The notes: generated by a model from the letters alone, not told the origin. Positions 33,490 to 46,846 are shown, numbered from the stretch's first letter. The stretch is DNA of 64,000 nucleotides from an uncultured Chlamydiae bacterium (GCA_963830365.1 CAWHMU010000016.1:15024-79023), one strand, 5' to 3'. A program made the numbers and translations.

Positions 33490-34284
33490 TTAGTGAGTGG
33501 TGCCGAAATAGCGGTCGCCGAAGTCGCCAAGGCCCGGTACGATATACTGTTTGTCATTCAGCTGCTGATCCAAGACCGTCATGACAACGCGGATGGCCGG
33601 AAAATCCTTATTCAGGTTTAACAGTCCTTCTGGAGCTGCGCAAACACAGGCTACGATGATATTCTCTTCCCGCACGCCTTTTTCCTTAAGCATCCGAATT
33701 ACCATACCAAGCGTGCCGCCGGTGGCAATCATCGGTTCGGTGATGACCACATCAGCGCCTTGCGCAATGGTGGGAGAAAGCTTCATATATTTGAAAAGAG
33801 GTTCGGCCGTCGTTTCATCGCGCTGGACTAAAAACTTGCTGATAGGGGCGCCGGAAAAGTGTTTCATAAACACCTCCAGCAAAGCATCGCCTGAGCGCAT
33901 GATAGAGACCAATTCGATACTATTGGCTAAAACTTCACCTGTGCATTTTGTCACCGGCGTTTCAATGTTGACAGGCGTCGTTGCCAGACTTTCCACCACC
34001 TTGCCGGCCAGCAGCTCGCCGATGATATCGGCAATCAGTCGGAAGTCTTTGGCACCGGTATTTTTGTCGCGCAGCTGTGTCAGCAAGAGGCGCTCATATT
34101 TGCTGGGTGTGAAAGACCCGCACACGATAGGCAGCAGTTGGGCCAGCATTTCAGGATGATGGCGGTTGAGTTGGATTTTTTCTAAGACAGAATTTTGTGC
34201 CGGCGCTTGGGCCTTAACGATTTCAGCTTTGCCAACGACAGGCGCGCCAAAAGCAAAAAAATATAGCAGTATTCTTAGATACAT
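33490..34284 (-). CDS. upp: Uracil phosphoribosyltransferase with N-terminal extension
   Basis: TQLRDK, SIMRSG, QRDETT, EPMIATGG, YIVPGLGDFGDRYFG. Confidence 0.85.
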   Translation of the reverse strand: MYLRILLYFFAFGAPVVGKAEIVKAQAPAQNSVLEKIQLNRHHPEMLAQLLPIVCGSFTPSKYERLLLTQLRDKNTGAKDFRLIADIIGELLAGKVVESLATTPVNIETPVTKCTGEVLANSIELVSIMRSGDALLEVFMKHFSGAPISKFLVQRDETTAEPLFKYMKLSPTIAQGADVVITEPMIATGGTLGMVIRMLKEKGVREENIIVACVCAAPEGLLNLNKDFPAIRVVMTVLDQQLNDKQYIVPGLGDFGDRYFGTTH

Positions 34285-34363
34285 GGAAATCCCAATTTCA
34301 ATAAGATTTTTATGAAAAAGGCACCCAAGACTAGCTGGGTGCCTGCTTGGATACCTTATGACT

Positions 34364-34684
34364 TTATAGAGCCGCTGAAATAATGGATTTCAAGGCATCT
34401 TTATCGCGCAGTCCGACGATGCGCTTGATCTCTTGACCATCTTTAAACAAAATGATCGTCGGAATCGACGTCACTTGAAAGTTGGCTGTTGTCTCTTGTG
34501 CTTTTTCGATATCGAGTTTGCCGATGATCGCTTTGCCGTGAAATTCGTTGGATAACTCTTCAACAATTGGCGCTATCATGCGGCATGGGCCGCACCAATC
34601 GGCGTAAAAATCCACCAAAGTAACGCCTTTGGCAATTGTTTTTTGAAAGTTACTGTCGTCGAGATAAACCAGATGTTGTGCCAT
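34364..34684 (-). CDS. trxA: Thioredoxin
   Basis: WCGPC active site, SIPT. Confidence 0.95.
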   Translation of the reverse strand: MAQHLVYLDDSNFQKTIAKGVTLVDFYADWCGPCRMIAPIVEELSNEFHGKAIIGKLDIEKAQETTANFQVTSIPTIILFKDGQEIKRIVGLRDKDALKSIISAAL

Positions 34685-34850
34685 GAAAAAGCCCCCTTGA
34701 TGCTAGTAAATTGATGCTTGTAAATTGATACTTGAAATATCTCGAAATATTAGCAGCTTCTGTTCTTTTCTGCCAGGCAAAAAGGTTCATCCCAGCACTT
34801 GAGTAAAATCCTCAAAAGCCCTATCATATCCCTTTCGTCATCAAGCCAGG

Positions 34851-35918
34851 ATGTCTATGCCTCAAGAACATATGCCACAAGATCAAACCTCAAACGTTCC
34901 TACTCCCCCAAACGTTCCAACTCCCCCAAACATTCCAACTCATTGGGTGCTCGCCTACTACCATTTTGCTCCCATCAGCGATGCGCAGGCAGAAGTAGGC
35001 AAACATAAGAAATTCCTGGCCGAACGCGACGCCACCTGCCGCATCTACATATCCGAAGAAGGCGTCAACGGCCAATTCTCTGCCACCATCGCCGATGCTA
35101 AAGCCTATATGGAGTGGATGAAACAGCGGGAAGAATTCAAGGACATCCATTTTAAAATCCACCCCTACCATGAACAGGTGTTTCCCAGAAAAACAATCAA
35201 ATACCGCAAGCAACTCGTCGCTATCGATGCTGACATCGATATGGCCAAAACCGGCGAACATGTCTCTCCAAAACGCTGGCAGGAAATGCTCGAATCAGAG
35301 CAGCACCGCATCTTGATCGATGTACGCAATGACTATGAGTGGAAAGTCGGACGCTTCGACGGCGCCGAATTGCCTCCTTGCGAGACTTTCCGTGAATTTA
35401 CCGCCTATGCCGATAGCTTAAAAGATAAATCAGACCCTAAAAAGACGCCTGTGATGATGTACTGCACAGGCGGCATCCGCTGCGAACTCTATTCGGCGAT
35501 TTTGAAAGAAAAAGGCTTTGAAAAAGTCTATCAGCTGAATGGCGGCGTCATCGGCTATGGCCTTGAACAGGGCAACGCCCATTGGCTCGGCAAGCTGTTC
35601 GTCTTTGACGACCGCATGGCCGTGCCCATCAGCCAGCAGGGAGAAAGCCCTGTCATCGGCACCTGCTACCATTGTGCCAAACCCAATGAGTCCTATTACA
35701 ACTGCGCCAACATGGACTGCAATCAACTTTTCCTATGCTGCGATGAATGCCTCAAAAAGTTTTCAGGCTGCTGCTGCCAGGCCTGCAGCCAGGCGCCGCG
35801 CCTGCGCCCCTTCCATGAAGTCAATCCGCATAAGCCTTTCCGCCGCTGGTACAACTATGAAAAAGACCTGCCTGCCGAGACCCTCATGCACAAGAAGGGA
35901 AAGACAAAGAAAGCTTGA
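34851..35918 (+). CDS. trhO: Rhodanese-domain tRNA uridine hydroxylase (UPF0176/TrhO)
   Basis: EGVNGQ, DVRNDYE, MYCTGGIRCE, FVFDDR, Cys-rich C-terminus. Confidence 0.85.
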   Translation: MSMPQEHMPQDQTSNVPTPPNVPTPPNIPTHWVLAYYHFAPISDAQAEVGKHKKFLAERDATCRIYISEEGVNGQFSATIADAKAYMEWMKQREEFKDIHFKIHPYHEQVFPRKTIKYRKQLVAIDADIDMAKTGEHVSPKRWQEMLESEQHRILIDVRNDYEWKVGRFDGAELPPCETFREFTAYADSLKDKSDPKKTPVMMYCTGGIRCELYSAILKEKGFEKVYQLNGGVIGYGLEQGNAHWLGKLFVFDDRMAVPISQQGESPVIGTCYHCAKPNESYYNCANMDCNQLFLCCDECLKKFSGCCCQACSQAPRLRPFHEVNPHKPFRRWYNYEKDLPAETLMHKKGKTKKA

Positions 35919-35953
35919 ATTTAAGGTTTGCGTGGTTGTCATACGTCTTTTAT

Positions 35954-36114
35954 CATGGAAACGGCAGTTGCCCATGGAAAATCTGGCCAACCTTTTGCCT
36001 GCCACGGATTGCGAAAGACAGGGACATCACCAAATCGGTGAGGTTATGCTTTTCGCAAACCGTGGCAGCCAAATAGATTGGCCAGATTTTCCAGGGGCAA
36101 CTGCCGTTTCTAGG
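35954..36114. mobile_element. MITE family E, ~160-bp form
   Basis: Ends CATGGAAACGGCAGTTG / CAACTGCCGTTTCTAGG; interior is the reverse complement of 51671-51833. Confidence 0.75.
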
Positions 36115-36654
36115 TTAAATGAACAATGCAAGGCGGCTGTCAAGAGCCTCTCCCATAAAGGTGCCGACGCCGCCTGACTCCAATCCGGAAATAAGTTCTT
36201 CATCGTGAATGTTCATCAGCTCTTTGGTCATCTCACAGGCGACAAGCTCAACGCCTAGATCCTGAGCGAGTTTTATCAGATCTGCTAGCGAGGACACATT
36301 TTTTTCGCGCATTCTCCCCATCATGAGCTTAGTGCCGACTCCCCAATAGTTCATTTTGGATAAAGGGAGATTCTCAGCTCCGGCTGGTGACATCAGCGTC
36401 ATCATACGGGAAAACCAGTCCTTGCCGGCGTAAGTCTTTTTATGCCTGAGAATATTTAGTCCCCAAAAAGTAAAAAACATCGTCACTTTCTGACCCATGG
36501 CTGCCGCCCCGGTGGCGATGATAAAGGCGGCTATGGCGCGGTCCAGATCTTCTGAAAAAACGACTAATGCCACTTGGTCTTTAGCTTGTTTTTCTTCCAG
36601 TGCCTCAAGGCGTTTTTCAAAAGCGATTAACTTCTCTGCAATATCATTTTCCAT
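36115..36654 (-). CDS. DsrE/DsrF-like (DrsE_2/YrkE-type) sulfur carrier
   Basis: AFIIATGAAAMG, MFFTFWGL, VACEMT. Confidence 0.85.
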   Translation of the reverse strand: MENDIAEKLIAFEKRLEALEEKQAKDQVALVVFSEDLDRAIAAFIIATGAAAMGQKVTMFFTFWGLNILRHKKTYAGKDWFSRMMTLMSPAGAENLPLSKMNYWGVGTKLMMGRMREKNVSSLADLIKLAQDLGVELVACEMTKELMNIHDEELISGLESGGVGTFMGEALDSRLALFI

Positions 36655-36665
36655 TGGTGACCACG

Positions 36666-36908
36666 CTAGCTGATTTTTTTGATGTAATGAATAAAGACAT
36701 CTTTACCATCGACACTCTCGGTCTCTTGTTTTAAGATTTCAACATTTTTTGCCGATTTTGACCACCCTTGAAAATCCTTTATCGATCCGCGATCCGTGCT
36801 AATAACTTTTAGCACTTGATTCGGCTGCAGGGCGTTAATTTGCTGTCTGGCTTTGACTAAAGGCATAGGGCAGGCCAGCCCGCTTGTATCCAGCACGGAA
36901 TCTTCCAT
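36666..36908 (-). CDS. TusA/SirA-family sulfurtransferase
   Basis: LDTSGLACPMP motif, 80 aa. Confidence 0.88.
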   Translation of the reverse strand: MEDSVLDTSGLACPMPLVKARQQINALQPNQVLKVISTDRGSIKDFQGWSKSAKNVEILKQETESVDGKDVFIHYIKKIS

Positions 36909-36920
36909 TTTTTATCCTCT

Positions 36921-38129
36921 TTAATTTTTCGACTTTTCAGATTCTTTTACATGGCTAAGCGCACAAATGTTCTTGCCTAATTCCAACTCTTGGGCCAGCT
37001 CCTCATCGGCTTTAAGCAGGCCGATATTGACTCTCTTGATGTCGATGTATTCTTTAGGGAACTTAGGCAAATTCTGCAGAATATAATCCGTGAACTCCGG
37101 CAGTGATTTCTGGGCCATAACCAGCCCTTCGTTGCTTTTCTTCAACGTTCCAAGAAAAGCGCTGTAAGACCCGTCTGCATTAGCCTCCTGCGGGCTGCCA
37201 AAATGAGCCGGCAGGACTATGACGTCATTTGGAAGCGCTAGCAATCTCCTTAGCGACTCGTAGTGCAATATCGACCATGTCGCCGCTTGCCCTCCCAAAT
37301 CCGGTCTGGCAATGGATTGGATGAAAATGCTGTCGCCGGAAAATAGATATTTATCATTTAAGAGGAAGGCTTGATTGCCCAAGGTGTGTCCAGGAATATG
37401 CATGGCCTTTAACTCGAATTTGCCGAGCTTATAGATTTTATTTTCCCAAGATGGCTCATAGGAAAAGGTTGCCGGCAGCATATCCATGGGATGGATTCCG
37501 TCATATGGATGAAGATAGTAGGGGATGCCAAAACTATCAGCCAATGCCTTCCCCCCGCTGATATGATCGGCGTGGGCATGCGTATCTAGAATATATTGCG
37601 GCCGGACATTGAACTCTTCAAACAGGTCTTTATACGGTTGAATATTCCGCAGCGGATCAATGACGGTGGCCATTCCATTGGTGATGATGACATAGCTTAA
37701 ACAGCCGCGTGAGACGCGGATGAGCTGGAAAATTGAAAGTTCCGGCGAAGCTACAATTGTTTTTCTAGCATAAAAATCAGCCCAGCTTTTCATCCCGCCG
37801 GCTAGGCTCGTGGCTTGGTAATTGAGATCGTTGAGGATATCGGCAATCAATGCCGAAGTTCCTCCTTTGGCACATACGACGATGATTTTTTCATTTTTAG
37901 GGAGCTGTTCAGCCAGCTGGGTTTTAATAAAATGGATAATTGATTCATTAAAATCCTCTTTGCCTCCTTTTTCAATCATGTCAAAATAGGGGATGTTGAG
38001 AGTCGGCATCTTGGCTTTTCCTTCAATATGCCATCTATCAAACTCATCTGCATTCCTCACATCAAACAGCAAGAATTTTTCATTTTCTAGAAGTTGATTA
38101 AATTGTTCAGCTGATATTTCCCGTGTCAT
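36921..38129 (-). CDS. Rhodanese-MBL fold fusion (persulfide dioxygenase/sulfurtransferase, YrkH/CstB-like)
   Basis: DVRN..CAKGGTS rhodanese; THAHADH, PGHT, SGD MBL; terminal Cys in KNICA. Confidence 0.82.
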   Translation of the reverse strand: MTREISAEQFNQLLENEKFLLFDVRNADEFDRWHIEGKAKMPTLNIPYFDMIEKGGKEDFNESIIHFIKTQLAEQLPKNEKIIVVCAKGGTSALIADILNDLNYQATSLAGGMKSWADFYARKTIVASPELSIFQLIRVSRGCLSYVIITNGMATVIDPLRNIQPYKDLFEEFNVRPQYILDTHAHADHISGGKALADSFGIPYYLHPYDGIHPMDMLPATFSYEPSWENKIYKLGKFELKAMHIPGHTLGNQAFLLNDKYLFSGDSIFIQSIARPDLGGQAATWSILHYESLRRLLALPNDVIVLPAHFGSPQEANADGSYSAFLGTLKKSNEGLVMAQKSLPEFTDYILQNLPKFPKEYIDIKRVNIGLLKADEELAQELELGKNICALSHVKESEKSKN

Positions 38130-38336
38130 TCTTTCTCCTTTCAGTCCTTGCCAAAGTAAAGCTGCCTAAAAATATAAATATGTTATTTAGCTGAATATTA
38201 CAAATCATATTTCATGCGGCAGCGCAGTTTCATTTTGGAGCCGGCGCAATTCCCCTAGAAAAATTGGCATGGGGTGGCTTGGCGGTCCAATCGATAGGAT
38301 TCTTTGATGGCTTACGGCCCGCCGGATGGCGTTTAT

Positions 38337-39242
38337 TTAGTGGATTTTTTTATGTTTCTCGTGAGCTGCCTTCAGCGCCTCGAAGCCTGAAGTGACATCG
38401 AATAGTTCCTCGTCAATAGCCCTCTGCCGCAAACGGTGATATTTTCCATCCAGCAGATCCAGCAATTCATCGATGTTTTTATCGGCGCGTTGCATAGCGC
38501 CCAGGCGGCTGGCGTTCTCGCTGGCAAGCGATTCTGCGCAGGCACGGAAGAGCGAGATGAAAAGGTATTCTCCGAGAAGCGCCTGCAAAGTCGCTGTGCC
38601 AGTATTAATAACTTCTGGTAAATTATTTGTTGGCCAGGGAAGCTCAGCCAGCATGGTACGAAAGCTTTCGTCCAGTGGCAGGAGCTGTTTACAGATAGGC
38701 TTGTATACTGATTCCGAGGCCGGTGAATTGTAGAAGAGGTGGAGTTCAGTGCTGTCATCGCTTGTGAATTGCCGATGGCTCTCAAGAAGAATTTCCTCAA
38801 CTAATGAGCTTATCCCCTTAATGGAATTCGGCACGGCAAAAAGTCCAAGCAGGGGCTGTGCTGCTTCCTTCAGGCGCGTATGGACACGTTCGCCGACGGC
38901 CCAGACCTTGGCTTTGCCCGGCAGTGCGGCCAGGGTAGCGAGTGCAAAATCGACGACGACATCATTAAATTGGCCCACTAATCCCTGGTCTGAACCAAAG
39001 ACGACAGCGACAATAGTTTTAGCCGGCCCTTTTCTTTTGGCGGCCAAAGGGAGCTGTCCCATTTTTTTAAAGCATACGCTCAAACCTAGTTCTAAAGTGT
39101 GATAGTAATCCTTCAATGCATCCACTGATTTCTGGTATTGCCCGATGTTTGACGCTGCCATCACCTTCATGGTATGTACGACGGATTGAAGATCCTTGGC
39201 CCCGTTGATCTTGCGGAGCAGACTCGCTGCGGTATCGCTCAT
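38337..39242 (-). CDS. atpG: N-ATPase gamma subunit
   Basis: [31 protein letters not shown]. Confidence 0.9.
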   Translation of the reverse strand: MSDTAASLLRKINGAKDLQSVVHTMKVMAASNIGQYQKSVDALKDYYHTLELGLSVCFKKMGQLPLAAKRKGPAKTIVAVVFGSDQGLVGQFNDVVVDFALATLAALPGKAKVWAVGERVHTRLKEAAQPLLGLFAVPNSIKGISSLVEEILLESHRQFTSDDSTELHLFYNSPASESVYKPICKQLLPLDESFRTMLAELPWPTNNLPEVINTGTATLQALLGEYLFISLFRACAESLASENASRLGAMQRADKNIDELLDLLDGKYHRLRQRAIDEELFDVTSGFEALKAAHEKHKKIH

Positions 39243-40792
39243 GATTCATCCTCCGCTGCCATTTTAGTCAGGAAGGGGGCAAGAGCGTGTGCGGCGAGTT
39301 GAACAATGGCTTCGCGGTCCTCGTCGCTTAATTTTTTGCCGCCATGCAACCGTTGGCACAGATCTGTTGGAAGAGCTTTTGCAGCCGTGCTTAAGGCATA
39401 CTCGGCATCAACCATCCGTTCAAGCGGTATGTTGTCAAAAAGCCGTGCCAGCAGTGCCAGCAGCAAGACGATTTGACCAGACATAGGCACAGGCGCCGAT
39501 TCCTGCTGCTTTAGGCAGGCGCGAATTCTCTTTCCATGCTCGATGATTTTTTTGGTATTTTCATCAAGGTGGGCGCCGAAGCGGGAAAAGGTCTCGAGCT
39601 CCTCAAACTGGGCATAGGATAGTTTGAGGTCTGCCGTTAAGGCGCGGTAGGCGGCGCGTTGCGCTTTGCCGCCGACTCTGGAAACCGATTTCCCTACGTC
39701 GACGGCGGGAAGGACGCCCAATTCAAACAATGATGGCGAAAGGTAGATCTGTCCATCGGTGATGGAGATCAAGTTGGTGGGGATATAAGCCGCAATGTCT
39801 TGCGCTTCCGTTTCTACGATGGGGAGCGCCGTGAGGGAGCCGCCACCAAGACTCATTTGCAAGTGTGTGGCCCGTTCAAGCAGTCGGGAGTGGATATAAA
39901 AGATGTCGCCCGGAAACGCTTCCCGTCCTGGCGGGCGGCGCAGCAAAAGAGAAAGTTCGCGATAGGCCCATGCATGGTGGGTGAGGTCGTCATAGACAAT
40001 GAGCACATCCCGACCAGCTTCCATAAAAAACTCGGCGATGCTGGTTGCGGCATAGGGGGCTATATAGGTAAGTCCTGGCGGATCGTTTCCTTCGGTTGCG
40101 ACGACGACGGTATAGTCCATCGCTCCTTTGTCCTGCAGGGTAGCCACAACCTTGGCAATGGAGGAGCCACGCTGCCCGATGGCGCAATAGACGCAGAGCA
40201 CACCATGATCGCGCTGGTTGAGGATGGCGTCTATGGCAATAGCGGTCTTGCCCGTATGTCGATCGCCGAGAATCAGCTCGCGCTGACCCCGTCCCACGGG
40301 GATAAGCGCATCAATGACTTTTATTCCTGTCTGAAGAGGCTCTGTGACCGGTGCCCGGTCCATGATCTGTGCGGCGGGGCGTTCAATAGGCAAGCGCCGG
40401 TTGTAAACTACAGCCCCTTTTCCGTCAAGCGGCTGGCCAAGCGGGTTGATGATGCGCCCCAGCAACCCATGGCCGACGGGTATATCCATGACTCTCCCTG
40501 TCCGCCGCACTTCATCTCCTGCTTGAAGGTGGGAGTATTCGCCAAGGAGGACGACGCCAATTTCATCTTCGTCCAGGTTGAATGCGATTCCTAGCACATC
40601 GCCTGGAAAGCTTACCAATTCATCGAAACCTACCCCTGGCAGAACGGACAATTTGGCAATGCCGTTCGTTAGGCTGCTGATGGTGCCCATGACCTGTAGG
40701 TCAAGTGTTGGGGTGAATACCTCAAGGGCTTGGCTTATCTGGTTAAACGCGGTGTCGAAAACATTCTGGAATTGTTCCGTGGGCTCGTTCAT
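39239..40792 (-). CDS. atpA: N-ATPase alpha subunit
   Basis: [29 protein letters not shown]. Confidence 0.93.
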   Translation of the reverse strand: MNEPTEQFQNVFDTAFNQISQALEVFTPTLDLQVMGTISSLTNGIAKLSVLPGVGFDELVSFPGDVLGIAFNLDEDEIGVVLLGEYSHLQAGDEVRRTGRVMDIPVGHGLLGRIINPLGQPLDGKGAVVYNRRLPIERPAAQIMDRAPVTEPLQTGIKVIDALIPVGRGQRELILGDRHTGKTAIAIDAILNQRDHGVLCVYCAIGQRGSSIAKVVATLQDKGAMDYTVVVATEGNDPPGLTYIAPYAATSIAEFFMEAGRDVLIVYDDLTHHAWAYRELSLLLRRPPGREAFPGDIFYIHSRLLERATHLQMSLGGGSLTALPIVETEAQDIAAYIPTNLISITDGQIYLSPSLFELGVLPAVDVGKSVSRVGGKAQRAAYRALTADLKLSYAQFEELETFSRFGAHLDENTKKIIEHGKRIRACLKQQESAPVPMSGQIVLLLALLARLFDNIPLERMVDAEYALSTAAKALPTDLCQRLHGGKKLSDEDREAIVQLAAHALAPFLTKMAAEDES

Positions 40793-41574
40793 GAGTTCTT
40801 TGACTTGGGCTTGGGTTCTTCAGATTTTAACAGTTCGCTAATGCTCACTTCTATTGAAGCAAGATAGTCAGCAATACTCCAAGCTACTTTATGTCCATCC
40901 ACGCTGAGTTCAATCCCGCTGATGAGAGCGGCGTCTGTGGTGAACCGGACATCATTTGCGCATGCTAAGATTGTTTTGATGGCATTTTCAGCTTTGTGGC
41001 GCAGCGCGCTAGGGAGATCAAGCGCCGTGCGCACATTTAAGGGGACCGTCGATCTCTTCAGGGTATTTGCCAGCAGCTCCTTTTCCTCTTTGCTTAACGC
41101 GTCCAGCCGGCGGATGAAGACGTCTATGATGCACTCTTCCAGGGTTATTGAGGCCATATCTGCTAGGGTTTTCCGGGCGATGGCAAAAACCTGCTGTTTT
41201 GTCCGACGGCTGATGGTCTCATTTAGATTTTCGGCGGCGCTTATCAGGGCTTCTTGCCGCTTCTTACCCACGGTGTCAGCAGCTAACCTGGCCTCTTCGA
41301 TGAGCCGCAGGCGTTCTGCTTTGGCCTCTTCAGCGGCCTGTTTCAGAAGTGTCGTGCGCGACCGGTCAAATTCTTCATTCGATTGCTGCAGCTTGGCGCG
41401 CTCCTTTTGGGCTTGAGCTTTTTCTGCGCCGGCATCGGCAAGCTCTTTCGCGATTCGCTCCTCGCGTTGATCAATGGCGTGTAGAATCGGTTTATACAGG
41501 AAGCGCTTCATCAGCCAAACCAGGATGAGGAAGTTGAACACTTGTGCAAAAACAGTGAACCAATCGATCAGCAT
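40789..41574 (-). CDS. atpF: N-ATPase b subunit (long b/delta-type)
   Basis: [13 protein letters not shown], coiled coil, LISGIEL..KVAWS delta-like tail. Confidence 0.88.
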   Translation of the reverse strand: MLIDWFTVFAQVFNFLILVWLMKRFLYKPILHAIDQREERIAKELADAGAEKAQAQKERAKLQQSNEEFDRSRTTLLKQAAEEAKAERLRLIEEARLAADTVGKKRQEALISAAENLNETISRRTKQQVFAIARKTLADMASITLEECIIDVFIRRLDALSKEEKELLANTLKRSTVPLNVRTALDLPSALRHKAENAIKTILACANDVRFTTDAALISGIELSVDGHKVAWSIADYLASIEVSISELLKSEEPKPKSKNS

Positions 41575-41578
41575 GGGC

Positions 41579-41860
41579 TTATTTCCCTGCCAGGAAGGCG
41601 ATGAAATGATTCCAGAAAGGATTGGCGAAAATGAGAATCATCGAAACTACAAAGCAGTATATCGCCGTGGACTCGATCATCGCCAAGCCGACAAACAATG
41701 TCCTGGTGATGGTAGCAGAGGCATCCGGCTGCTGCGCCAAGGCTGTCAGCGCCGAGGCGACAGCTCTCCCTTCGGCAAGAGCCGGGGCCATAGTGCCGAT
41801 GCCGGTAGTAAGGCCGGCAGTGACTATTGATGCCAGTGCGATAGTGGTTATGGCTTCCAT
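41579..41860 (-). CDS. atpE: N-ATPase c subunit, Na+-binding type
   Basis: LAEGRA in helix 1, AQQPD loop, IESTAIY in helix 2. Confidence 0.92.
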   Translation of the reverse strand: MEAITTIALASIVTAGLTTGIGTMAPALAEGRAVASALTALAQQPDASATITRTLFVGLAMIESTAIYCFVVSMILIFANPFWNHFIAFLAGK

Positions 41861-41869
41861 GGTATGTCC

Positions 41870-42562
41870 TTATAGTTTTTCGATGTTTTCTTTGGTATCT
41901 CTGACCCGGGTGGCGGCAGCAATATATACCGCTGCCAGGATGCTGAAGATATAAGCCTGTACCATGCCGGTAAGCAGGCCGAGGAGTGTCATGAATATAG
42001 GAAAGATGAGAGGGGTGATGGTAAGGAGAATGCCTATGATCATCGTGCCGCTCATCATATTGCCGAAAAGGCGGATGGCCAGGGCCAACGTGCGCGAAAG
42101 CTCACTGATGATATTGAATGGCAGCATGACAAACGAAGGCTGCATATACGATTTAAGATAGTTTTTGAAACCTTTTTTTTGAATGCCGAAGAAGGGTACT
42201 GCCACAAATACGCAAAGCGCTAGTGCGGCGGTGGTGGAAAGAGAGCCTGTCGGCGTGATAAAGCCGGGAATAATCGTGCAAAGACTTGCCGCGGCGATAA
42301 ACAGGAACAGCGTGCCTAAGAAGCCGAGATATTTTCTTGGCCGTCTTAAGCCGACATCTTCAATTTGCTTTTCTATCGCAGTCACAACATATTCCAGTAG
42401 ATTTTGCCAGCGGGAACGCTGGCGGCCGAGAAAAAATTTCCGTGTGATCAGGTTTGAACTAACGACCAGCAGCAGCATGAGCCCCCAAGTGAACACGATG
42501 GTGGCATTAAGTTTTAAAAACCCATATTGCAAAAAAACAATCTCATCAGGGCTAAGGTGCAC
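41870..42562 (-). CDS. atpB: N-ATPase a subunit
   Basis: PTGSLSTT, SRTLALAIRLFGN, QAYIF; GTG start after AGGAGG. Confidence 0.9.
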   Translation of the reverse strand: MHLSPDEIVFLQYGFLKLNATIVFTWGLMLLLVVSSNLITRKFFLGRQRSRWQNLLEYVVTAIEKQIEDVGLRRPRKYLGFLGTLFLFIAAASLCTIIPGFITPTGSLSTTAALALCVFVAVPFFGIQKKGFKNYLKSYMQPSFVMLPFNIISELSRTLALAIRLFGNMMSGTMIIGILLTITPLIFPIFMTLLGLLTGMVQAYIFSILAAVYIAAATRVRDTKENIEKL

Positions 42563-42866
42563 GGCTATCCTCCTGTAATAGGCAAGCCGGCTTTTGCCGC
42601 TCTTTGGTGAGCCATATGACGGCCGAGCGGGCAATGATGAAGCCAAGCAGGCATATCGATATTCTTTCCCAATGATCGCGCCCAATAAAATAGAAACCCG
42701 CCAGTATTGCGCTTGTGCGCACTAACAGGCTGCTTAAAAACCAAAGTGCTGCCCATTTTGACGAGATTGCTTTCTGAACTGTCCACCAAAGGCCCCCAAA
42801 GAATATGGCACCAAGCAAAACCCCGGCCAGCAAACAGCCTGCCAGCATGAAAATTTCATTTACCAT
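42552..42866 (-). CDS. atpR: N-ATPase AtpR subunit
   Basis: FFGGLWWTV, SLLVR, GFIIAR; sits between atpQ and atpB. Confidence 0.8.
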   Translation of the reverse strand: MVNEIFMLAGCLLAGVLLGAIFFGGLWWTVQKAISSKWAALWFLSSLLVRTSAILAGFYFIGRDHWERISICLLGFIIARSAVIWLTKERQKPACLLQEDSRAP

Positions 42867-43186
42867 TATTATCCTCGTCATCTCTGATTGTCTTGTCTTC
42901 TTTACTTACCCAATGCCAAGCATTTAAGCAACCCAGAATCAGGCCGATCACAAGCATCATCAGCGTCCATGAATACCCGCTTGGATAGTGGCTGTCCAGC
43001 CATATGCCCAAAGCCGTGCCGAGCAGGGTCGGCACGACTACCGACCAGCCGATCAGCCCCATCATGCCCAAGCCAAACCAAACACCCGGCATGGGTTTAC
43101 GCTGGGCTTTGAGTTTGCGCGTCGCCTTTGCTTCCAGTTCTTTGCCGATGTCAGACCGGATTTTGGCTTGTTTGCTTTCTGAATGC

Positions 43187-43194
<8 letters not shown>
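42856..43194 (-). CDS. atpQ: N-ATPase AtpQ (AtpZ/gene 1-like) subunit
   Basis: GLGMMGLIGWSVVVPTLLG..GIWLD. Confidence 0.82.
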
Positions 43195-45020
<1,826 letters not shown>

Positions 45021-45216
45021 TCAATGTAAATGAAGGATATGTATTTTGTGAATTTATTTATTTAAAACGTGGAAACGAGGGCTACAGGATAAAGGAACTT
45101 CTTCCGGTTTTGCAGGGCTTGCATAGAGAAAAGAGCAAGTGAAAAATAGCAGGATATTTCGATGGTGAGAATATTAAAATGGCTCATCGCGCCAATGAGT
45201 ACCCATGAGGTTTTCC

Positions 45217-45372
45217 GGCGTTGTTCACCCAACCGGTCAATTTCTTGCTCCGTGCTCTCTGTGCCTCTGTGTTTGATTTTTTTGAAACACAGAGGCACAG
45301 AGACCACGGAGAGGGGATAGAGAAGATAGTATCATCGTGACCGAAAGTTTTCCTATGAAGGTGAACAGGGCT
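45217..45372. mobile_element. 156-bp MITE family C
   Basis: Reverse complement of 22235-22390; TSD GGTTTTCC. Confidence 0.85.
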
Positions 45373-45575
45373 GGTTTTCCTTACCTTCTCTGTGACTCTG
45401 TGCCTCTGTGGTAAAATCTGCTTGATGGTAGTATAATGTTATTAATCAATGTGTTACGAAAAACCTCACCAGCGAGACACAGAGGCACAGAGAAGGGAAA
45501 TGGAGCTTGCTCTTAGGGTTTTGTTAATTAGGTACTCATTTGAAGGAGTTGCAAAAATATAAATTATTTTAATTT

Positions 45576-46122
45576 TGTTCATCGCACAATCGCGTCCCTG
45601 TCCTAGAGGATTCGTTAAAAAGACTCAATAATGGCTGGTTGAAAAACGAGAATTAACAATATATTTTTAAGGTTCTCTTTGAAACAAATCGACATTCTAG
45701 CACAGAATGTCTAGTTAGCCTCGATAGAGGCGGAAGCATGTAGCCATAGGTGTCAACCTATGGAATGAAATGTAACAAAAAGTAAGCCGTGAATACGGCG
45801 ACAGCAACTTCGATGGAAGTTGAATTAAATGCGATTATTACACCATATAATATCTTTTAGTCATTGCTGTCGCCGTATTCACGGCTTTGTTTCTAAACAT
45901 GCGATGACCACACGCTGACGCCTATGGCTCTATGCTGGCGCCTCTAGCGAGGCTTTAAAAATGTTCTCATGGCTTGCGCCCTGTCGCCTATGGCAGCAGT
46001 AGTTCAACTCCTGCCTGCACAGGAGCGAACGTGCTTTTTTTTCATTTTGGATGATTTGTTTTTTAACATCCTTCATCAATTTACATAAGGCGAGAATTTA
46101 CATAAGGCGAGGTGCTGATTTG
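45576..46122. repeat. Dispersed palindromic repeat family A, copy 4 (its right TIR continues at 46847-46865)
   Basis: Left end gttcatcgcacaatcg, family A core at 45670-46030. Confidence 0.8.
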
Positions 46123-46846
46123 GGTTCATCACGCAAATGAGTACCTAATTAACAAAACCCTAAGAGCAATCTCCATTTTTCTTCTCTGTGCCTCGGTGTC
46201 TCGGTGGTGAAGCTTTCCGTAACACTCTGATTAATAATACTATACCTCCAGCAAGCAGATTTCACCACAGAGGCACAGAGTCACAGAGTCACAGAGAAGG
46301 TCGGGAAAACCTCATGGGTACTCATTTGCGTGATGAGCCTTAATAAATTGTCTGCTTCTCTTTTTCAACTAGTCTAAACCATGCCTATACGCTTGACACC
46401 CAAATTTGACTGATTGCGAGGGGCTCTCAACTGAGTTTTGCTCCTTGGCAATAGCTAGCGCAATGACTTCATCACAACGGGTGGCGTTCATTTGTTTGCC
46501 AAAATTTAAGAAATAAAACAACAGGATATTAGGATGGACAGGATAAATCAGCCATCCTGTCCATCCTAATATCCTGTTGTTATTTTTAACGAAAATCATT
46601 ACGGCATAAGGTTAACAGAGCCCGATCCGCCAGTGTCCTAGCTGTATTTTAGATTCCGGCCAAGGCGAATATTCTCGTCTACCTGTGACCGAAAGTTTTC
46701 CCTGTAAGGGTGAACGTAGCCTCACAAAGCTCAACACTTAACCCCTCTCGTGCACTCAAATTTTGGGTGTCAAGCGTATAGGCATGGTCTAAACTAGGTC
46801 CTTTTCTCCGTTCTCCTCGGTCAGGTACTCATTTGCACGATGAGCC
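46123..46846. mobile_element. Composite MITE family B carrying an extra 407-bp insertion
   Basis: TIRs GGTTCATCACGCAAATGAGTACC / GGTACTCATTTGCACGATGAGCC; TSD CTGATTTG; uninterrupted copy at 49532-49841. Confidence 0.85.
46380..46786. mobile_element. 407-bp MITE with CATGCCTATACGCTTGACACCC TIRs
   Basis: Perfect TIRs; GTCTAAAC duplicated; empty site ctagtctaaactagg at ~49779. Confidence 0.8.
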
